Shown: positions 11,801-23,906 of the stretch, piece after piece | How positions within the stretch are numbered: position 1 is the first letter of the stretch | Layout of the letters: the number at the start of each line of letters is the position of its first letter | Assembly: GCA_950097015.1 (NCBI GenBank) | Contig: CATNEN010000019.1 | Location: 1 to 64,000, forward strand | Reading direction: 5' to 3' | DNA from: Macrostomum hystrix | Lineage: Eukaryota > Animalia > Platyhelminthes | DNA length: 64,000 nucleotides | The notes under the pieces: generated by a model | The model's database searches: none | What the model was told of the DNA's origin: nothing | What the model saw: only the letters and a program-made list of their open reading frames with translations | Position numbers and translations under genes: made by a program

Positions 11801-11993
11801 AGTCTGTGTAGTGCACCCTATTGTTGGGCTTCTCCTGCTCAGATGATGGTGAAGTCTGCGCTGCAGTGCACCCTGGTGTTGGGCTTCTCCTGCTCAGATG
11901 ATGGTGAAGTCTGTGCTATAGTGCACCCTGGTGTTGGGCTTCTCCTGCTCAGATGATGGTGAAGTCTGTGCTATAGTGCACCCTGGTGTTGGG
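11801..11993. repeat. 55-bp tandem repeat (~3.4 copies) spanning the stop codon of the minus-strand orphan gene
   Basis: gtgcaccc recurs at 11811, 11866, 11921 and 11976; the gene's TGA (11951-11949) lies inside the unit. Confidence 0.9.
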
Positions 11994-12618
11994 GTTCTTC
12001 TCCCGCCTGGCAATCCAGTCCCGGGTTTTCGCTGAGAAGAGCCGCTGCGCGATTTCGGATCTCTCCTCTTCGGTCTTTGGCGCCTGCTTTCGGCGCTTTA
12101 GTCGCTGATTGGACTTGGTGACCTCCGGCTCCGTGTAGGCGAACTGTTTGTCCCGCAGCGCCTTCGCGCCGGTGCTAGACACGGTCGGCTGGCGTAGGCG
12201 CTGCGTGATGGCGTCCAACTCCTCCTTCGACACCTGGTTGAAAGCCCGCGATGAGCTGTGCCTATTGGTGTAGGGGTCCACCCAGCTGGCCGTGGGGCCC
12301 TGCTGCACGTAGGGCGACCGCGGCCTGATCCACTTCTTCTCTCGCGGCTGCTCTCGCTGGGCCCTGTCGGACTCGCTGGAGTCCTTTCTGTGGCCCTGGG
12401 TGCAAATCAGAGCTCCATTATCTAATCATGACTGGTATCCTGTGCATACTTCAAATAGTTAATTTACTCTTTGTTGAGTACGTTTTCTAAATCTGTTATT
12501 TGACATCCGCAATTATAGAAATGCAGTTCACGAATGGCTTGTAGTCAGGTCCGAGTCATTCACTCACTTGCTCCTCCTTGCCGTGTCTCTCGCCCTGTCG
12601 CGGGCTGCTGTTGGACAT
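11949..12618 (-). CDS. 165-aa basic hydrophilic orphan protein, candidate ciliary protein (exons 12618-12568 and 12395-11949)
   Basis: ATG at 12618 directly after an in-frame TGA. Exon 1 encodes MSNSSPRQGERHGKEEQ, then a GTGAGT donor (phase 0) and a CAG acceptor at 12398-12396 (phase 0) join into track ORF 11949..12308. Two similar motifs, ITQRLRQPTVSS and IAQRLFSAKT. Confidence 0.7.
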
Positions 12619-12658
12619 TCAATTTGCTGCTTGCTGTTCGATCTTCTCAAGAATTCTG

Positions 12659-12672
12659 GTTGCTATGACAAC
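12659..12672. promoter_or_regulatory. RFX X-box motif GTTGCTATGACAAC
   Basis: Matches the X-box consensus, 41 nt upstream of the ATG at 12618, in the divergent interval before RNF19. Confidence 0.6.
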
Positions 12673-13374
12673 GCTTGGCTCTCCGAGCGCCAATGCAACG
12701 GAGTCTGGGAAGGGGTTGCTGCGTCTGTCAGCTGCGACTGACAGTTTTATTCTGCCGCTGCTGTCTAAGCTGCCTTCAGGCTGCAGCCAAGCCCAGTCTC
12801 CGAGCTGCACCTGATAGTGCATTGCCCATGTACACTCATTATTTGTCAGCTGCTACAAGCATTGGGCACTCGGTGCTGCTCTGTCTGGCCTTTCTGTTTG
12901 CACCCTGAGGTGAGGTAAGAAAAATTAATTTCTGCCGGCCTGCCAGCTGTTTCAGCTCGACCTTATCTGACTGCTCAGACACATTTGAGACTCTCTGTGC
13001 ACTCATTTATAAATTGAGTTTGTTAAGCTGAGCCAAATGCTTATTATATCTGCTTTTGAGTCCTTGCAGAGCGGTGTTGACTTGTCCTGGCACTAACTAA
13101 ATGCCCGGTTTAGTCTAGTGTGTTTGTCAAATTTGTCTTAGCAATGCTGTTGTCCAGTTGCTGTGCGCTGATCTGTCAATTATCATTCGCAGGTTTTAGG
13201 CATTGGGTGACGTAAATGCCCGATGATTGCAATTTTAAGGCGCCTTTCATCCATGTAGAATCACATATTAGCCAGCTGCAGGACTTGGTTTCAGTTTTTG
13301 CCCATTTACGAGCTATTCAGCTTCCCAACTCTCACCACTCCAGCCTCCCGCTCCGTGCCTCAACCTGCGAGATT

Positions 13375-16336
13375 ATGTCTAAAGCAAAGCCACCGGCTGC
13401 TCCCGCGATAGAAATTGTCAGTGGCGGCGGCGGTGGTGGCGGCAGCGGCGGCGGCGCCCCAAGCGGCGGCTCCTTGAAGCAGCGCCGTCGGCCGGGCTCC
13501 GTGCTCTACGCGTTCGGCAATTTTTTCAGCGGTGGCGGCGGAAGTGGCGGCAGCGGCCGCAAGCAGAAGTGCGCCTCGGCCTCGTCTTCCGTCCGCCAGC
13601 CACCGTCCAGCCGCCGGTCGCAGAATCCCATCGACTCCAGCAACACTGATGCGCCCGGACCTTCGGCTTTGTCGTCTGCTGCGGCCACCGCAGTGTCTCC
13701 TGCTGCAGCCGCGGCTGACTCGGATGGCCTGACCGAGTGTCCGGTGTGCGCAGAGCGCCTGCCGACTACCCAGTTCCCTGACATGCTCAGCGACTGCGGC
13801 CACTTTGCTTGCCGACCCTGCCTGGCTACTGCGCTGCGGCTGGCCATCTCCGAGGGTATGCCAGCTGCCTGCCTCACCTGCAGCACCCGCCTGCACCCGG
13901 ATGATGTGAACGCCATCGTCAGCGAGGAGCTAAGGGAGAAATACGAGCTGTTCACTCTGCGGCGCGTCCTGGCTGCCGATCCCAACTGTCGCTGGTGCCC
14001 CGCTCCCGACTGCAAGTGAGTATTTTTGTGGCTCCCTGGCTCGTATGTTTATATGTTTCCCTAGTCACAGACACTCTTCAGGTGCAGTTTTGGTCACTGT
14101 CACAGACACTCTTCAGGTGCAGTTTTGGTCACTGTCACAGACACTCTTAGGTGCAGTTTTGGTCATTGTGACTGACTCGGATGCAGTTTTGGTGATTGTG
14201 ACTGACTCGGATGCAGTTTTGGTGATTGTGACTGACTCGGATGCAGTTTTGGTGATTGTGACTGACTCGGATGCAGTTTTAGGTGATTGTGACTGACTCG
14301 GATGCAGTTTTGGTGATTGTGACTGACTCGGATGCAGTTTTGGTGATTGTGACTGACTCGGATGCAGTTTTGGTGATTGTGACTGACTCGGATGCAGTTT
14401 TGGTGATTGTGACTGACTCGGATGCAGTTTTGGTGATTGTGACTGACTCAGGTGCTGTTTCGGTCATTGTCACTGATTGAGGTGCAGTTTCGGTTTTAAT
14501 GAGTTTTACTCATGTTGAACGAACAACAACAAATTGGCTAATTGATTGCTACCACCACCTTGAATTTCCGCCGTAACTAGGTACGCGGTTATCGCCAACG
14601 ACTGCGCTAGCTGTCCCCGCCTCGAGTGCGAGGTGTGCGGCATGAGCTTTTGCTACCACTGCAAGAACGAGTGGCACCCCAACAGCACCTGCGTGCAGGC
14701 CCGCCTCGAGCGGCACCGGGCGGAGCTGGTCGCGGCCGCGCAAAGCAACCCGGAGGTGCTGCTGTCGCCGGTGAGCTCGGAGCCGGCAGCCGAAATCAAG
14801 CAGTGCCCGCGCTGCGCCACCTACATCTCCAAGGAGAATGACGGCAGCTGCAACCACATGAAGTGCAAACTGTGCGGCACAGAGTTCTGCTGGCTGTGCC
14901 GCAAGGAGATCACCGACCTGCACTACCTCAGCCCCAGCGGCTGCACATTCTGGGGCAAGAAGCCCTGGTCACGCAAAAAGAAGATCATGTGGCAGGTGCG
15001 TGGCATTCCGAGTTCTCCCATCCCAGTTCTCCCATCCTAATTCTCATATTCCCAGTTCTCCCATCCTAATTCTCCTATTCCCAGTTCTCCCATTCCCAGT
15101 TCTCCCATTCCCAGTTCTCGCATTCCCAGTTCTCCCATTCCCAGTTCTCGCATTCCCAGTTCTCCCATTCCCAGTTCTCGCATTCCCAGTTCTCGCATTC
15201 CCTGTTCTCCCATTCCCAGTTCTCCCATTCCCAGTTCATTCATTCCCAGTTCCCACATCCTAATTCTCCCACATCCAGTCTCGTGACAGCCAGGTGCAAG
15301 GCTAGATAGCTGTGCGGGCCTATCATCTTGCAGGTGGGCATGCTGATTGGCGCCCCAGTAGGCATCGCCCTGCTGGCTGGCCTTGCGGTGCCGGCCATCA
15401 TCGTGGGACTTCCTGTGTGGGCAGGTCGCCGCATGCGGCACCGGCTGCGCAAGTCGGGCCGTCGGACGCCCGCCCAGCGGCGCTGCCTGGTGGCGCTGAC
15501 AGTCACCGGCAGCATCATCGCTTCGCCGGTTGTCGCCGTACTGACTGTCGCCGTCACTGTGCCCATTCTGCTGGCCTACGTCTACGGCGTGGTGCCCGTG
15601 TCGCTGTGCCGCTCGGACGGCTGCGCATCCACACCTGAGGACGAGCAGGATGGCGTCGACGGCGAAGTTGGGGTTGACCAGGTCGGCATGGACTTCACTA
15701 ATGTCAGTGAAATACGCGCTGCGGTGGCGGCAGCTGCGGCAGCTGCGGCATCAGCGTCAGCGGCTGCGGATAGCGAAGGCGACTCAAAGAGTGGGCAGGT
15801 GCGGGTTACGGCCGACGTCAGTCCGAGTGCTGCATCTACGCCTAGCGATGAGGCGGCGAAACCGGATGAATGTCGGTGAGTTAGACCAACTCGACCAGGT
15901 GTCCATCTGGGATGACTTAGTCATTCATCCATGTGGGATCAGGTGTCCATCTGGACTTACGCAGTCAGGTGTTTATCTGGGATAAATCAGTCAGGTGTTT
16001 ATCTAGGATAAATCAGTCAGGTGTTTATCTAGGATAAATCAGTCAGGTGTTTATCTAGGATAAATCAGTCAGGTGTTTATCTGGGATAAATCAGTCAGGT
16101 GTTTATCTAGGATAAATCAGTCAGGTGTTTATCTGGGATAAATCAGTCAGGTGTTTATCTAGGATAAATCAGTCAGGTGTTTATCTGGGATAAATCAGTC
16201 AGGTGTTTGGTTTCAAACTGTCATTTGATCCCCATACCTCAGCGTCGAAGAATCCCAGCACGAAGTCAGCCGTGTGCGCAGTCCCGAGGCGCTTGATCGG
16301 CCGGCACAGACCTCGCCACCGCAGGACGAGAATTGA
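13375..16336 (+). CDS. RNF19: RBR-type E3 ubiquitin ligase, RNF19/Dorfin family (563 aa; exons 13375-14015, 14581-14995, 15334-15875, 16243-16336)
   Basis: RING1 (CPVC..CGHFAC..C..C), IBR (WCPAPDCK|[25 protein letters not shown]), RING2 ([21 protein letters not shown]) and the family-typical [23 protein letters not shown]|[16 protein letters not shown] transmembrane segment. All three GT-AG introns are phase-consistent (2, 0, 2). Confidence 0.93.
14064..14480. repeat. Compound minisatellite in RNF19 intron 1: three 35-bp units, then ~11 30-bp units (gatgcagttttggtgattgtgactgactcg)
   Basis: tcacagac at 14065, 14100 and 14135; 30-bp periodicity afterwards; shared tgcagttttggt core. Confidence 0.93.
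15005..15270. repeat. 15-bp minisatellite (ttcccagttctccca) in RNF19 intron 2
   Basis: Direct tandem periodicity beginning ~10 nt after the donor. Confidence 0.92.
15965..16208. repeat. 26-bp minisatellite (~9 copies, tcaggtgtttatctaggataaatcag) in RNF19 intron 3
   Basis: Period 26 (15965, 15991, ...); degenerate caggtgtccatctgg precursor-like units upstream at ~15890-15950. Confidence 0.93.
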
Positions 16337-16460
16337 ACATTGTGCGGCAGGATGGTGATTGACGCTGTCTGCGTACATTTTACCTGCCGAGTTTTGTTAT
16401 TATCTACAAAGCGCTTTCGATGGCTGCTCCAGTAGCCTAGAATATTAATATACGCATAAG

Positions 16461-17411
16461 GGGTCAGTGGATTGCTAATCTATCCAATATGCGCATCAAT
16501 GGGTCAGTGGATTGCTAATCTATCCAATATGCGCATCAATGGGTCAGTGGATTGCTAATCTATCCAATATGCGCATCAATGGGTCAGCGGATTGCTAATC
16601 TATTCAATGTGCACATCATTAGGACAGCGGATTGCTAATCTATTCAATGTGCACATCATTTGGACAGTGGATTGCTAATCTATTCAATGTGCACATCATT
16701 TGGACAGTGGATTGCTAATCTATTCAATGTGCACATCATTTGGACAGTGGATTGCTAGTCTATTCAGTATGCACATCATTAGGACAGTGGATTGCTAATC
16801 TATTTAGTATGCACATCATTAGGACAGTGGATTGCTAATCTATTCAGTATGCACATCATTAGGACAGTGGATTGCTAATCTATTCAGTATGCACATCATT
16901 AGGACAGTGGATTGCTAATCTATTCAGTATGCACATCATTAGGACAGTGGATTGCTAATCTATTTAGTATGCACATCATTAGGTCAGCGGATTGCTAATC
17001 TATTCAGTATGCACATCATTAGGACAGTGGATTGCTAATCTATTCAGTATGCACATCATTAGGACAGTGGATTGCTAATCTATTCAATGTGCACATCATT
17101 AGGACAGTGGATTGCTAATCTATTCAGTATGCACATCATTAGGACAGTGGATTGCTAATCTATTTAGTATGCACATCATTAGGACAGTGGATTGCTAATC
17201 TATTCAGTATGCACATCATTAGGACAGTGGATTGCTAATCTATTCAGTATGCACATCATTAGGACAGTGGATTGCTAATCTATTCAGTATGCACATCATT
17301 AGGACAGTGGATTGCTAATCTATTCAATGTGCACATCATTAGGACAGTGGATTGCTAATCTATTCAGTATGCACATCATTAGGACAGTGGATTGCTAATC
17401 TATTCAGTATG
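16461..17411. repeat. 40-bp minisatellite, ~24 copies (ggacagtggattgctaatctattcagtatgcacatcatta), downstream of the RNF19 stop
   Basis: Exact 40-nt periodicity, with variant units clustered at the left end. Confidence 0.96.
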
Positions 17412-18134
17412 AACACCAGAGAGCCATGAAATGCTTTTCCGACCCGTAAATTTAACAATTGGTGTCAAACACCGCCAGATTGTATCCGCCTCCGCTGCTC
17501 CTGTGTTCTCCTGTTGCTTTCATTTGCATAGCTTTTTGTTTTGTTTGTTGTAAACCTCTTTCAAGAAGGTCATCATCACGAAGCGGTCGGTTCAACTAAC
17601 TATTCATTCTTGACATTATTTTACCGCGAAACTTCCGACCTCATCTGTGATTTTTGCTCTTTTACTACTGCTATACCCGCTGCGCTTCATGCGTTACTGC
17701 ACTAAATGCTTATACTGCTTATTAGTAATGCCCGCTTGTGCCTACTCACTTCCTGTCTGTCAGTAACGTGAAATGCGTTTCAGTGTTATATTTTTCATTA
17801 ATTCAATGCGCCCAATCTGGAGTGTACTCAGAGAGGAAGTAGAATTGCTGGTGTCTACCAGTTGTCAATCCGTTGGAACAACCCACGTATTTTTCATATT
17901 GACTTGTCAAATGCTGCCAAACTGCATTGGCTGCCAGTCCCAGCTGCATGACAACAGTTGAGAAGCTTCCCAGAGCTCGAATGTCACACTGTCAATTTGA
18001 TTGTCCTAAAATATTTTGTCTGCCTGGTGGCTGCAGCTGGAATCCCCAGATCAGGGGTTCCCCTGCTTGGGGTCAGCTAGTTGCGATTTGTTATAGCGTA
18101 AAATAATAAATTGGTAATTTAATTTGTTACGAAA

Positions 18135-20852
18135 TCAGTTCTGAATCAAGAGCCTGCGCTGTTCTAGTCTCAGTGCTTTGTTAACCAGCTCCATGTCTCC
18201 GGCTTCGAAGTTTTGCTGCAGTGAATGCAGGATCATGTTTTGCTGCAGTGAATGCAGGATCATGTTTTGCTGCAGTGAATGCAGGATCCATGTTTTGCAT
18301 GCAGTGAATGCAGGATCATGTTTTGCTGCAGTGAATGCAGGATCATGTTTTGCTGCAGTGAATGCAGGACCATGTTTTGCAGCAGTGAATGCAGCATCAT
18401 GTTTTGCTGCAGTGAATGCAGGATCATGTTTTGCTGGGTTCAAATGCTAATCAATACAGAGGTTCGAAAACATATTTTAACTTCAAAAGAAAAAAGAAAT
18501 CGCAGACGATGTACGCGTAGCTTTATACTCGTAGCAGTCATTCGCTTGCTTATTTCCACATATCTGAGGCCTATATTTAAGCTCAGGTTACTAATAAAAA
18601 ATGTGTGAAGCTAAGCCTGTACAAGCCGCTGACGAATGTATTTAAAAGTTGGCTTGAAATTTCGCGAGTCCCAGAGGATTTTTCCTGTGGGGACTCCGGA
18701 CTGTAGTCACTTGGCTTTGCTGAGTCAGCCCGTAGATCCTGCGATAAAGACCCTTACCGGAGCCTCTGGCTGACCGGACTGGCCTTCAGGGTGCTCGATG
18801 TCGGTGATCAGATCCGTCAGCTTAATGCGCTGGCCTGAGGTTTGGAATGCAGAGTCAGCTCACTGTAACTGCTGGTAGCAGGGTGGGTACGGAGTCAGCT
18901 CACTGCAGCTGCTGGCAGCAGGGTGGGTGCGGAGTTAGCTCACTGCAGCTGCTGGCAGCAGGGTGGGTGCGGAGTTAGCTCACTGCAGCTGCTGGCAGCA
19001 GGGTGGGTGCGGAGTTAGCTCACTGCAGCTGCTGGCAGCAGGGTGGGTGCGGAGTTAGCTCACTGCAGCTGCTGGCAGCAGGGTGGGTGCGGAGTCAGCT
19101 CACTGCAGTTGCTGGCAGCAGGGTGGGTGCGGAGTCAGCTCACTGCAGTTGCTGGCAGCAGGGTGGGTGCGGAGTCAGCTCACTGCAGCTGCTGGCAGCA
19201 GGGTGGGTGCGGAGTTAGCTCACTGCAGCTGCTGGCAGCAGGGTGGGTGCGGAGTCAGCTCACTGCAGCAGGGTTTGTGCGGTGTCAGCTCACTGCAGCT
19301 GCTGGCAGCAGGGTGGGTGCGGAGTTAGCTCACTGCAGCAGGGTTTGTGCGGTGTCAGCTCACTGCAGCTGCTGGCAGCAGGGTGGGTGCGGAGTTAGCT
19401 CACTGCAGCAGGGTTTGTGCAGTGTCAGCTCACTGCAGCTGCTGGCAGCAGGGTGGGCGCTGGGACTGCTAAAAAAAGGCCTTCAATAAATCGAAAGAGC
19501 TTTACCATTAGGCGTGTGCCACCTGAAGACGTACTCAAATTTCGGCACCCGCTGCTCGCACTCGGGCTTCAGGCTTTTTAGCAGAGGCACTTCAATGTCG
19601 AGCCGGGCAGCTACGGCATTGATGAGGCTGTGCATGGGCAATGAGCTGGGCTGCAGCGCGTTGAGGTAGGCGGATTGGCCGCGCTCGGCCAGGCACTTCC
19701 TGCGCAGCATGTTTGGCCGCCACACGCGGTCGCACAAGGCGGGCAAGATGCGCACGTGATAGGGCTCTGGGTGTCGCTCGTGATCGCTCTCTGATGGAGT
19801 GCTGCTTGAGGTCTCGGCGCTGAGACCGTCATCGATGCCACCACCTCCTACTGAACTGACGCCGCCGCCCCCACGGCTGCCAACACCTTGGCTGCCGCCG
19901 CCTCGGCCATAGTTTCTGCCGTCACAGCTGCCGCCACCTCTGCCACGGCTGCCACCGGCCCAACTGCCAACGCCCCCGCCACAGCTGCCTTCGTCACAGC
20001 TGCCGCCGCCTCTGCAACAGCTTCCACCACCGCTACCTTCGCCACCACCGGACGAGGGGACGCCAAGTGAGGCAGCCGACCCCATAACCTCCGTGATGAG
20101 TTTCGAATTGGCCAGATGCCGCCAAGCCTCCAAAGCTTCCAGCTGAAAGCGTAAAAGAGAGAAAACAGTCGACAAGGGGATTCCACGCTTAACATCGGCA
20201 GAAAATATAATGTCACTCGCCTCCGCATCGATGTTGGAGCTGGTCCTCAGGCTGCACCTGCCGCTGCTGACTCCGCTGGCCTTGAATTCAGTCGACAAGT
20301 TGCAGTTGCGCCGCGCAAGTTCGGCCGGGCAAGACTTCAACGAATAGCTCTCTGGAGGGTCAGTTGAAATGGATGTGCTAATATCTCAGTCAGTGCTTGA
20401 GACTAAGTCTTAGGGACCACCATATATGTGAGCAGATGTCAATATTGGACCGATGGGCTGTTGGTCTCTGAGCCAATAGCCAAAATACCTGAAGGGTAGC
20501 CAATAGGAACGGCCGGGTGATTCCCAAGGTCGTCCTTGTATATGGACCACACTCTTGATAAGGCCTCCCACCCAACCTGATTCAATAAGTGCACGGATTG
20601 TCTTCTCATCTTCTTATTTCACTGTTTTACGATTTACGATCTTTTCTATGGCCTGCGACCTCATGAGCCCCGAGCCCCTAGTCAAAATGACCGCACAAAA
20701 CCACCAGCCCCTAGTCTGCTCATTGTGAGGTTAGGAAGCCCCTTCCGGCTGCTGACGGCGATGGCCTGACGCACCTGCTTCCTGGCTTGACATTGAGCGG
20801 TCGAGCAGATTCAGCCGTTGCAGCAGCAGCAGTTTCAGTGAGGTCCCACCAG
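18135..20852 (-). CDS. Multi-exon orphan gene, 3' core (exons 20852-20775, 20351-19506, 18834-18758, 18215-18135)
   Basis: Three consecutive GT-AG introns join in matching phases (1, 1, 0) with no stops: AGGTSLKLLLLQRL..QEA|ESYSLKSCPAEL..FRWHTPNG|QRIKLTDLITDIEHPEG..EAP|QNFEAGDMELVNKALRLEQRRLLIQN*. No family recognised. Confidence 0.65.
18210..18436. repeat. 27-bp minisatellite, ~8 copies (gcagtgaatgcaggatcatgttttgct), overlapping a splice acceptor
   Basis: Tandem periodicity. On the minus strand each unit contains cattcactgcag|caaaac; the last copy supplies the acceptor of the terminal exon. Confidence 0.92.
18851..19460. repeat. 40-bp minisatellite with 30-bp deletion variants (ggagtcagctcactgcagctgctggcagcagggtgggtgc), intronic
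   Basis: 40-nt periodicity; lies between donor 19505 and acceptor 18835. Confidence 0.94.
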
Positions 20853-20892
20853 CTAAAACGAATTTAAGCATGCAAGAAATCTGAGAAGCCAT

Positions 20893-21292
20893 CAGCTCAC
20901 ACACTGGAGCACTGCTCGACTCACTGAAGCACTGCTCACTCACTGGAGCACTGCTCACTCACTGGAGCACTGCTCACTTACTGAAGCATTGCTCACACAC
21001 TGGAGCACTGCTCGACTCACTGAAGCACTGCTCACTCACTGGAGCACTGCTCACTTACTGAAGCATTGCTCACACACTGGAGCACTGCTCGACTCACTGA
21101 AGCACTGCTCACTCACTGGAGCACTGCTCACTTACTGAAGCACTGCTCACTCACTGAAGCACTTCTCACTCACTGAAGCGCTGCTCGCACATGCTCACTC
21201 ACTGAAGCGCTGCTCACTCACTGAAGCGCTGCTCACTTACTGAAGCACTGCTCACTCACTGAAGCACTGCTCACTCACTGAAGCACTCCTCA
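20893..21292. repeat. 19-bp minisatellite, ~21 copies (actcactgaagcactgctc), intronic
   Basis: Direct tandem periodicity. Confidence 0.93.
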
Positions 21293-21461
21293 CCTGAAGA
21301 AGCGCTCTGCCAAAAGATCTAAAAAATTACATTATGTAAGCAAACAGAAGTATATTGAACACTCACGGGGGCATCCTTCGGACGGGTTGCTGGTTATCTG
21401 AAATTTTCCAAGAACTTTTTTCTTGCTGCAGAGAAAGGTGCATTGTGGGGCATCCACTCAC

Positions 21462-23453
21462 CGACTGCAGAGCGGGGCGGTTCGCGTGGCTGGCCAAACG
21501 CAGCTGCTGGCTGCTCAAACAGCCTAGAGACCCGCCGGACCGAAGCTGCACCGGCTCTACAATTGCGCAGGGTGGGTGGGCGAAATCCCACTGGAGTCCG
21601 TTGGCCGAAATTCACTCGTGCAACCGCAAAATCTTCAAACCTCTAAAACCATGAAAACTTGCAAATAAATAATAATAAGCTTTTTTATTCCAGAAAAACC
21701 CGCACAGCATCCCAGAGAGAACCACACAATATCCCGGAGAGCAGTGCACAATATCCCAGAGAGCAGTGCACAATATCTCAGAGAGCAGTGCACAATATCC
21801 CAGAGAGCAGTGCACAATATCCCAGAGAGCAGTGCACAATATCCCAGAGAGCACCGCACAATATCCCAGAGAGCAGTGCACAATATCCCAGAGAGCACCG
21901 CACAATATCCCAGAGAGCAGTGCACAATATCTCAGAGAGCAGTGCACAATATCCCAGAGAGCAGTGCACAATATCCCAGAGAGCAGTGCACAATATCCCA
22001 GAGAGCACCGCACAATATCCCAGAGAGCAGTGCACAATATCCCAGAGAGCACCGCACAATATCCCAGAGAGCAGGGCACAATATCCCAGAGAGCACCGCA
22101 CAATATCCCAGAGAGCAGTGCACAATATCCCAGAGAGCAGTGCACAATATCCCAGAGAGCACCGCACAATATCCCAGAGAGCAGTGCACAATATCCCAGA
22201 GAGCACCGCACAATATCCCAGAGAGCAGGGCACAATATCCCAGAGAGCACCGCACAATATCCCAGAGAGCAGGGCACAATATCCCAGAGAGCACCGCACA
22301 ATATCCCAGAGAGCACCGCACAAGATCCAAAAAGCAGCTGCCAAATATATTATGCTGCTAGAATAGCTCACAGTTGAGTAGCCTTGCTCTCCACTTATCC
22401 CCAAATATCCCAGCGCTTCGAGGATTCCCGCCCAGCTCACTCGCGCAGACGCCAGACTCAATCGTGTAGGTGCTGTTGTCGCTAAAGGCGGTGAATCCGC
22501 CACTGCTCAACTGTATCGACCGGCGCCACGGATCTATGAAGGTGCTGTCAAAGACGGCAGTGGACGAAGAGGGCCAGGACGAAGACGCGCTGCGCCCGTT
22601 ACAGAATTTACTGAGCCACAGGCGGACCTTCTGGTGGGTGCCAACTCGGCGATTGCCAGCGGACGGACCGACGCTAAAGTCACCGGCCAGTTGCACTTTC
22701 ACGAACGATGGCGAAGATGCCGGCTTGCCTTGATTCTCGGCACGATGACTTCTGCTTTTGTCACAATTTTCCGACATTGGCTTGAGTAGACTATTTCAAA
22801 TGTTACTTTTGCATGAAGTGAAGGCCTCCGCGTTGCTAAGAGCAGGTGCACAGCTCAAACTGGACTCCGGCTGAATGCTGAATTCTGGCGCGGCAAGGGC
22901 GAGAACAATCTTCATTCTATAGAATTCTATACTTTCTGCAGAGACCACGGGACTAAAGAGTGCGTGACGTGACCACTTTGAGCCATAGACAGATTGCTAT
23001 AGTCACAGCACCGCTGGTCCGGTCGTTTCGGAACGTGGTTTTAAATTGTTTAAGTGTAGACACATGTAAGCTATGGGAGCAGAGTATGGAGACTGATGCC
23101 GTGAAGGGGACCTTAGACCATAGATATTAGCGAATATACGCAATTACAGAGGCTGTATAGCCATGACTATATAGCAACGCATGACTGTGTGAGCGTACGG
23201 TATCTGTATGCGTGTGTGCTCAGGAGTCACAATGGGCAGAATAGCCTCCTCGCTGGCTGCGAGTCTAGTGTCATCAAATGATGTGCCATTGCCCGCAGCC
23301 CTCCTGCAATTATTATTATTATTTTGGTTGCGTACATCTGCCCTGACTTTCTCATCGTCAGGCAGTGTACACTTCACTGTGCCTTGGAGGTTGGCGCTTA
23401 AGGGCGTAAATTGCACAAGCCTTCTCTCCGCACCCGAAATAAATGCGGCCTCG
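21462..23453 (-). CDS. Probable upstream exons of the same orphan gene (23453-23199, 22790-~22372, ~21640-21462)
   Basis: Exon 23453-23199 (phase 2/2) joins in frame to an acceptor at 22791 and track ORF 22358..22777. The 21462 GTGAGT donor is phase-compatible with the exon at 20852. The junction across the 22-bp minisatellite intron could not be resolved cleanly. Confidence 0.4.
21700..22322. repeat. 22-bp minisatellite, ~28 copies (cacaatatcccagagagcagtg)
   Basis: Direct tandem periodicity; gives overlapping repetitive ORFs in most frames. Confidence 0.95.
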
Positions 23454-23521
23454 CTGCGAAATCGAACTTAGGGACCTTGGCGTGAGAGGTAAACGCGTTA
23501 ACAGCTCTGCCACCGACCCCT

Positions 23522-23906
23522 CAACGCTGACCATAACGCCATGATGCCAATAGCAACGCTGACCATAACGCCATGATGCCAATAGCAACGCTGACCATAA
23601 CGCCATGATGCCAATAGCAACGCTGACCATAACGCCATGATGCCAATAGCAACGCTGACCATAATGCCATGATGCCAATAGCAACGCTGACCATAATGCC
23701 ATGATGCCAATAGCAACCCTGACCATAACGCCATGATGCCAATAGCAACGCTGACCATAACGACATGATGCCAATAGCAACCCTGACCATAACGCCATGA
23801 TGCCAATAGCAACGCTGACCATAACGCCATGATGCCAATAGCAACGCTGACCATAATGCCATGATGCCAATAGCAACGCTGACCATAATGCCATGATGCC
23901 AATAGC
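23522..23906. repeat. 32-bp minisatellite, ~12 copies (caacgctgaccataacgccatgatgccaatag)
   Basis: Period 32 (23522, 23554, ...). Confidence 0.95.

Noticed and set aside
13360-14923. Antisense ORFs overlapping RNF19 exons (similarly over CK1 alpha)
   Set aside because: Shadow ORFs of GC-rich coding sequence on the opposite strand.
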